Assembly (NCBI GenBank): GCA_030754595.1
Contig: JASLZZ010000110.1
Location: 1 to 55,314, forward strand
DNA from: Nitrospinota bacterium
GTDB lineage: Bacteria > UBA8248
Reading direction: 5' to 3'
Length of the DNA stretch: 55,314 bases
Of the stretch, positions 49,760 through 55,314 are shown piece by piece. The notes beneath the pieces are model-generated. The model did not search any database. It saw only the letters and a program-made list of their open reading frames with translations, and was not told where the DNA came from. The stretch's first letter is position 1, and every line of letters begins with the position of its first letter. The position numbers and the translations under genes are program-made.

Positions 49760-50281
49760 TCAAAAATCAACCTTGTCGGCCTCATCGCTTTCGGGGAACG
49801 GACCTTCCTTGATCTCGGTGGCCTTGGTCCCCGGCTCGAGAAATTCTATCGAGTGCCCCTCGAACATCAGGATCAAATCGCCCGGGTCCAGTTCCACGTC
49901 CTTCACGTGCTCACCCTCTTTGGTGTAGACGTTGATCCGCATCTTCCCCGAACGGCAGAGCATGATCTGGTGCCGCGTGGCGTTGGTCGGCCGCTCGGTG
50001 ACGAGATGATAATGGGGCTTGACCACGGCCCCCGGATTGCGGTTGAGCATGATGATCTGAAGGGGGTTTTCGTCCGCGGTCATATGGGCCTTGGTCTGGC
50101 GCTCGGCCTCCGGGTCGATATTCCCGTAGGCTTCGGCCAGGTGGGCTTTCTCTTCATCGGTGTCCAGATAGGGGGGAAACGCACCGTAATCGTCGAAATC
50201 GTGGCGGATGACCTGAGCCACCGTCCGCCCGTCGGGGCCTTTTACGTATTCCACGCCCTTGGTTTGAATTTCCTGCGACAT
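49760..50281 (-). CDS. Cupin-fold protein (WbuC-like)
   Basis: VKPHYH...QIMLCRSGKMRI...GHSIEFLE...EIKEGPF cupin-like metal motifs. Confidence 0.7.
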   Translation of the reverse strand: MSQEIQTKGVEYVKGPDGRTVAQVIRHDFDDYGAFPPYLDTDEEKAHLAEAYGNIDPEAERQTKAHMTADENPLQIIMLNRNPGAVVKPHYHLVTERPTNATRHQIMLCRSGKMRINVYTKEGEHVKDVELDPGDLILMFEGHSIEFLEPGTKATEIKEGPFPESDEADKVDF

Positions 50282-50407
50282 ACTTCTCTCCTTGTTGAAA
50301 ATCTGCCCTATTACCGAACAATTTTCCGGCCGATTAAAAAAACCATCTCCACCGGACAGCCGATTCTATGGAAATCCTCCGGTGAAGTCACGCTTTGACG
50401 CCCGAAC

Positions 50408-51280
50408 TCATATCATCGGGAGCGCCGGATCGCTTCGGCAGTAGCGGCGAGCCGCCGCCTCAGGGCTCGCATTCGCATAGCAATAAACGCAGCCATGAGG
50501 GCATATATTGTAGCCCCCGATATCCCTTGATGCGGCACACCCGCACTCCTCCCGGGAGGGCCGGAGGGAGAGTTTGCCCGCCGACGGGGCAAGCTGCCCG
50601 ATGAGTTCTGGATCGACGCACCGCGCCTTCCCGCCCACCGCCCCGGTCAAATCGTCCTCGCAACAGGCGAGCAGGCGAATTCCGTATCGCCCCCCGATTC
50701 CGGCCAACTCCGAGACCAGCGCCCGGCGATCTGCGAAGCCCGCCTCCAGGGGTTGAAACCGGTGCGGGAGCGGCGCCATGTTCCGCCTGACCTTTCCGTA
50801 GAGGTCCATGAAGCTGAATATGCACACCTCGGCCGCCCCCTCCAGGCAACGGGCTATTTTTTCGAAATTATATTTGTGAAAATCAAAATCCGTCTCCCGC
50901 GTCAGGACAATCGGATCGTAGCGCCAGCGGACGCGCTCGGGCCCAATCCGCCCGGAGAGGCCGCGGAAGGTGTCGGCAACCCGATCCAGGGAGGGATTTG
51001 AGCGTTCCAGCTCAGGCGGGTAGGCGTTGATGGTGTAGAGAAAGTAAAAGGGTGTTCCCCGTACCTCGAGATGTCCAAAATTCGCCATCAAGGGAGCCGG
51101 GTTCCGCGTCCAGAAAACAAAGGCGCGGACATCCTCCGGCGCCAGCGACAAACGGTGAATTTTTCCGTTGAAGGGATTCCGGTACTCGGCGAAATCCTCT
51201 TCGAGTCTTTTGAAGAACCAGCGTGCATGGAAGGCGGGGATATCGGTGCGCCGGGAGGCGGAAACGACAATGGGCTCCAT
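50408..51280 (-). CDS. DUF1848 family protein
   Basis: VSASRRTDIPAF, VFWTRNP, WRYDPI and CGC..SRDIGGYNICPHGCVYCYAN motifs. Confidence 0.88.
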   Translation of the reverse strand: MEPIVVSASRRTDIPAFHARWFFKRLEEDFAEYRNPFNGKIHRLSLAPEDVRAFVFWTRNPAPLMANFGHLEVRGTPFYFLYTINAYPPELERSNPSLDRVADTFRGLSGRIGPERVRWRYDPIVLTRETDFDFHKYNFEKIARCLEGAAEVCIFSFMDLYGKVRRNMAPLPHRFQPLEAGFADRRALVSELAGIGGRYGIRLLACCEDDLTGAVGGKARCVDPELIGQLAPSAGKLSLRPSREECGCAASRDIGGYNICPHGCVYCYANASPEAAARRYCRSDPALPMI

Positions 51281-51322
51281 GATGAGGCGGCCTCCGCCCG
51301 CCGGTGACCGAGGGTGAGCCTT

Positions 51323-51360
51323 CCTAGAGTCCGGGCCTAGAGTCCGGGCCTAGAGCCCGA
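51323..51360. repeat. 13-bp tandem repeat at the dapB 3' end
   Basis: CCTAGAGTCCGGG twice, plus CCTAGAGCCCGA containing the dapB stop. Confidence 0.8.
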
Positions 51361-52162
51361 GGACGTCGCGCATGTCATAGACGCCGGGCTTTTTCCCGGC
51401 CAACCAGCGCGTAGCGCGAACGGCGCCCGAAGCGAAATTATCGCGCGTCGCCGCCCTGTGGGTGATCTCGACTCGCTCGCCCTGCCCGAAGAAATAAACC
51501 GTATGCTCGCCCGCCACATCTCCCCCGCGAAGGGTTTGCACCCCGATGGCTCTCGGGGGGCGCTTGCCGGTCTCCCCTTCCCTGTGGAACACCGCGTCGC
51601 CGGGATAATCGCGGCCCAGCGTGCGCGCGAGGATCTCGCCCATCCGGACGGCGGTGCCGGATGGGGCGTCGATCTTCTGGTTGTGATGGGCCTCCAGGAC
51701 TTCAACGTCGTAGCCCTCGCCCAGAAGGCGGGCCGCCTCCTCGATCAGGCGGAAAGCCACGTTGACCCCCACGCTCATATTGGGAGCGTGTACGCAGGGG
51801 ATCGTCCTCGCGACATCGGCCAGTTCGCCGCTCTGGGCCTCCGAGAAGCCGGTGGTCCCGATGACGATGCCCATCCCCTTCTCCGCCGCGAGGCGTGCGT
51901 GCGAGAGGCTGGCCTCGGGAATCGCAAAAGAGATGACGACATCTCCCTCGAGGGAGCCGCCGTCAGAGGTAAGAGACACCCCCAGGGGCCCCACCCCGGC
52001 GCCTTGGCCGGCGTCCTCCCCGAGACCCGGAAAATCGGACCGCTCCAGCGCGCCCGAGAGGGTCATATCCTCCGCGGCCGCGATCTGAGCGATAATGCGG
52101 CCGCCCATCCGGCCGCCGGCTCCCCCCACCACCACTCGTATCGCCAAGGCTCTATCCCCCAC
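51350..52162 (-). CDS. dapB: 4-hydroxy-tetrahydrodipicolinate reductase
   Basis: GAGGRMG, IGTTG, APNMSVG, EAHHNQKIDAPSGTA, RGGDVAGEH and FASGA motifs. Confidence 0.95.
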   Translation of the reverse strand: MGDRALAIRVVVGGAGGRMGGRIIAQIAAAEDMTLSGALERSDFPGLGEDAGQGAGVGPLGVSLTSDGGSLEGDVVISFAIPEASLSHARLAAEKGMGIVIGTTGFSEAQSGELADVARTIPCVHAPNMSVGVNVAFRLIEEAARLLGEGYDVEVLEAHHNQKIDAPSGTAVRMGEILARTLGRDYPGDAVFHREGETGKRPPRAIGVQTLRGGDVAGEHTVYFFGQGERVEITHRAATRDNFASGAVRATRWLAGKKPGVYDMRDVLGL

Positions 52163-52549
52163 TGAAGCGAATGAGGTATTTCAGATTCAGCTACCAATAT
52201 ACACTTATCCGGCAGGTGACAAGCCCCGCCGGGAAGTCCCCGCCACCGGTAATCGGTATGATAGGATGGCCAGGCAAGCCTTCCCGCCGCCGGCACTCGC
52301 ACAGGAGGTGGGGGGGATATCCCGACAATTCAGCCGCCTGCCCCGGCGGGCCAGAGTGGCCAGGAGGCCCGGGCGGGTAGAGATTTCATCCGCACAAGAC
52401 TGCCTATTGCTTTTATTATCAATACGATAGTACATTAACCTCAACTTCTTTCGAGAGTGTTCGTTCAGGGGAACCTAGCCGCGTCAAAATGTGCAGGAAG
52501 GTGTTTTTCCGGGCGCCCGGCTTGAACCGAACCGCCCCTCCGGCGGACA

Positions 52550-53191
52550 GTGGAGGAAGGAACACTGGAAGCGACGTCCGCACTGGAGATAGGCATATTG
52601 GAGCCGGCTCCGACGCCCCATGAGGAATCCGCCTGGATCACCCGCTGCAAGGCGGGAGACCCGGACGCTTTCGAGCCTCTGGTCCGCAAATTCGCGGCGC
52701 GGGTCCTGCGGCTGGCCGGGGGGATTTTGGGGGAAAGGCGCGGCGAGGCCGAGGACGCCGTCCAGGAGATATTTCTCAAGGCCTACCTCGCCCTCCCGAA
52801 ATTCCGGTGCGACGCCCAGTTCTCGACCTGGCTCTACCGGATTGCCGTGAATCATTGCCGGGACATCCTCCGGCGCTCGCCGCCCTCCCCGCTGCCGCTG
52901 GACGAAAACCTCCTGTCCGCCGAAGAGTCTCGGGCAGGGGCGGCCCCGGCCGGGGAGGATGAGCCCGCGGACGGCGAAGAAGACGAAGCCGCCGAAACCC
53001 TGCGCCACCTCCTGGGCAAGCTCAAGGAGCGGCACAGAATCATACTGGTGATGAGGGAGCTCGAGGAAATGAGCTACGATGAAATCGGGCGGGCCCTGAA
53101 TATTCCGCCCGGCACAGTCCGCTCGCGGCTGAACCGCGCCCGGGCGAGCCTGCTTCGCGCGTCCGAGAAATATGGGAGAACGGGACCATGA
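52550..53191 (+). CDS. ECF RNA polymerase sigma factor
   Basis: AEDAVQEIFLKAY, FSTWLYRIAVN, SYDEIG and GTVRSRLNRAR motifs. Confidence 0.92.
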   Translation: MEEGTLEATSALEIGILEPAPTPHEESAWITRCKAGDPDAFEPLVRKFAARVLRLAGGILGERRGEAEDAVQEIFLKAYLALPKFRCDAQFSTWLYRIAVNHCRDILRRSPPSPLPLDENLLSAEESRAGAAPAGEDEPADGEEDEAAETLRHLLGKLKERHRIILVMRELEEMSYDEIGRALNIPPGTVRSRLNRARASLLRASEKYGRTGP

Positions 53192-53679
53192 ACCGGGGGA
53201 ATGAGTGGCGGTGGCGCATGAAACGGGCCGCCGGCTGGGAGGAGCGCGAGACCGGCGACCCGGAGATCGAGTCCCTCCGGAAAATGTTTCGCCCCGCGGC
53301 CGGGGACCGTCCCACGGTTGGGGAGCTGGACCACATCATCGGCGAGCGGGTGTGGAAATCGCTCCGCCCCCACCTTCCGGCCCTGGGCAAGACCTCGCTC
53401 ACTCAAGCCCCGCTCTGGCCGGCGCTGGCCGCCGCCGGCCCGCGCTTCGCCCTGGGCTCGGCCTGCGCGTTGCTCATCATGGCGGGCGTCTTCTTCAACC
53501 AGGCCAGGCTGGCCCCGCCTCTCGTGGCGTCCCGGCCGGGCCCGGCCATCATCCTGGCCGAGGCCACCCTGACCGAGGCGCCCCCGCCCACCCCCGAGGA
53601 GTATCCGGCCCAGGCGCTTCAGACGAGCGATGGAGACGAGCTTCTCCGCTTCATCGCATACAGTTCCCCGTCCCGCTGA
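53188..53679 (+). CDS. Putative membrane anti-sigma factor
   Basis: Overlaps the sigma stop (ATGA); single TM segment FALGSACALLIMAGVFF. Confidence 0.6.
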   Translation: MNRGNEWRWRMKRAAGWEERETGDPEIESLRKMFRPAAGDRPTVGELDHIIGERVWKSLRPHLPALGKTSLTQAPLWPALAAAGPRFALGSACALLIMAGVFFNQARLAPPLVASRPGPAIILAEATLTEAPPPTPEEYPAQALQTSDGDELLRFIAYSSPSR

Positions 53680-53703
53680 TCGCGGGCAGGAGGAGGCAGT
53701 CAG

Positions 53704-54198
53704 ATGTCGGTTTGGGAGAATTTGGGAGGTATTCAGGGGAAGATCGCCGCCGTGCTCATCGCCGTATTCGCTGCGGGCGCCGGGACGGGCTACTTCGCCG
53801 GAAGGTGGCAGGCCCTCGAGGAGAGTATCGAGCGCGCCTCGATCCGCCGGGTCGAATACCGCAAGAAGGGCCGGAAGGGCCGCCGGGGATCAAAGCGCCG
53901 CTTCATCAACCGCCTCGAGTCGGACCTCGGCCTTCAGGCCGACCAGATGAAGCAGATCCGGACCGCCCTGCGCCAGAAGCACGAAAAAATGATGGAGCTC
54001 CGCATCGGCATGCGTCCCCAGATCACGGACATTTTAATACAGGCCCGCCGCGAGATCAGGGACCTCCTCGATTCCGATCAACAGCGCGGATTCGATCGAA
54101 TCACCCGCGAGTTTGACGAGTACAGCCAGCGCAGACGGAAGCGCTGGCGCAAAATGAGAGAAATGAGAGAAAGGCACATGGGGTCCGGCCGCCCGTAA
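53704..54198 (+). CDS. Membrane-anchored helical periplasmic protein (Spy/CpxP/heavy-metal-sensor-like)
   Basis: TM IAAVLIAVFAAGAGTG; LGLQADQ...IRDLLDSDQQRGF (LTxxQ-like) motifs; GGAGG RBS; third gene of the ECF operon. Confidence 0.65.
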   Translation: MSVWENLGGIQGKIAAVLIAVFAAGAGTGYFAGRWQALEESIERASIRRVEYRKKGRKGRRGSKRRFINRLESDLGLQADQMKQIRTALRQKHEKMMELRIGMRPQITDILIQARREIRDLLDSDQQRGFDRITREFDEYSQRRRKRWRKMREMRERHMGSGRP

Positions 54199-54744
54199 GG
54201 GCGGCCCTCCCCTGAGCCGGGCCTATCCGCCACTAATCCCCGGCCACCCAAGACGAATGGGCCAAATCCGCAAGTACCCGGAGAGCGAACTGAACCTATA
54301 AAGGGAGGCGTCCGCCTTGATTCGCTCGTACCGAGGAATTGTCGGGCGGATTTGGGTGGATCGGACTCGGGACATTTTCAGGAAGAAAATTAGATGGCTT
54401 AGGAGAAAAAACTTGTTCACAGGATAGAAGAGTATGCGGTCTCAGTTCGATTGTTGTTCTCATTGAAAATTGGAGAAAGACGAAAATCAATCAAAAATTG
54501 TGCTTCTAAGGCCCGGAAATAAAAGTCATCTGCTTTCGGCTCTTTTTTTGGACACGAAAAATATTGGTTGGTTTTCGAACATCAATCCGCGCTAACATTC
54601 CGATTATCAAATAATAGTTCTCGAAAATATGGATTCAGCTAGTTCCCACGGGCCCCATGGGCCGAGGAGCGGATTTTTGACACAAGCCGTTGTGCGCAAT
54701 AAGAATTCGGCGGCAAGTGCACATATTAACGGGATAGAGCAACG

Positions 54745-55127
54745 ATGGTAATCGAGCTGGCTACCGCAGCCACTGCTATTGGCTTGGTCAAATCGCTAAT
54801 AGGACTGGCCGACATGATCGGTGGCACCTGGATGCAGTTCAAAAAGACCGGAACGGTTCAAGATGCCCCCCAGGAACACCGGATGCAAATTACCGGTGAT
54901 GCCGAGAACGCTACCCTCGTGGCTCTTGAGTATGGAGAAGAGACACAGCACGTCACGCGAGAGCAACTCGCGAGCCTCTTGACAAAGAGGACTTTGAATA
55001 TTTGGAAGCACTTGAAACAAAGATGAAACAGCTTGCGAAACAGTGGATGAGCATTACAAAAAACATTGAACTCCAAATGGATCCGGGGAACAAATCCATC
55101 CTTGAACAAAAGCTTGACCAACTAATG
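54745..55127 (+). pseudogene. Hypothetical protein, frameshifted near 54978 and apparently cut by an IS
   Basis: ORF MVIELATAATAIG... continues in another frame as LDKEDFEYLEALETKMKQLAKQW...EQKLDQL up to the putative IS end. Confidence 0.5.
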
Positions 55128-55314
55128 GGCACCTCTAAAAACCTCCCCTATTTCATCTCTGATGTGAACCAATAGAATCCTCCCGCCCCGGAGGATAGAT
55201 GATGGCCTCACAGCCAGGATTTTTCGACCTTGATGCCCGGTATGCGCTTTTGAGTGATGGAGGCGATCCGCTTGAGTGTTTGAGCCAGATAGTTTCGTTC
55301 GAGGATTTCCGTCC
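55128..55314 (+). mobile_element. Left end of an IS5-family insertion sequence (transposase starts at 55199, truncated by window edge)
   Basis: MMASQPGFFDLDARYALLSDGGDPLECLSQIVSFEDFRP is a typical IS5-subgroup transposase N-terminus. Candidate terminal IR GGCACCTCTAAAAA at ~55128. Confidence 0.8.

Noticed and set aside
52170..52549. tRNA/6S RNA or ECF autoregulatory promoter between dapB and the sigma gene
   Set aside because: No cloverleaf seen; GGAACC/GAACC motifs are present but lack a convincingly spaced -10 element.

Overview
Bacterial chromosomal segment, probably from an uncultured diderm (gene content is reminiscent of Nitrospinota/Tectomicrobia/Deltaproteobacteria-like genomes, which is inference only). 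The GC-rich flanks (1 to ~27.1 kb and ~46.9 to 54.2 kb) enclose a visibly AT-richer ~20 kb block of mostly housekeeping genes: DEAD helicase, HU, hisC, larEBC, TPR-TPR-exbB-exbD-tonB, panC, folK and dapL. No rRNA, tRNA or CRISPR array was recognised. An IS5-family transposase begins at the right edge. The most notable observations are: (1) a deiodinase-like selenoprotein hidden by an in-frame UGA with a SECIS-like hairpin (27246-27938); (2) a larE-larB-larC nickel-pincer cofactor operon, without larA in the window, translationally coupled to a ThiS/MoaD-type sulfur carrier; (3) a split cyclopropane-fatty-acid-synthase-like methyltransferase with an FAD reductase gene between its two halves; (4) a complete RsbU/RsbW/STAS partner-switch module in one operon with mlaE-mlaF-mlaD; (5) a SprT-like metalloprotease with a C-terminal clamp-binding-like motif; (6) a 7Fe-type ferredoxin fused to a membrane anchor and a further domain. 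Several genes carry frameshifts or nonsense codons (SDR, msrP, a DMT transporter, a secreted protein, a REC-TPR regulator), reflecting either pseudogenisation or assembly error. All assignments come from reading motifs by eye; no searches were run.
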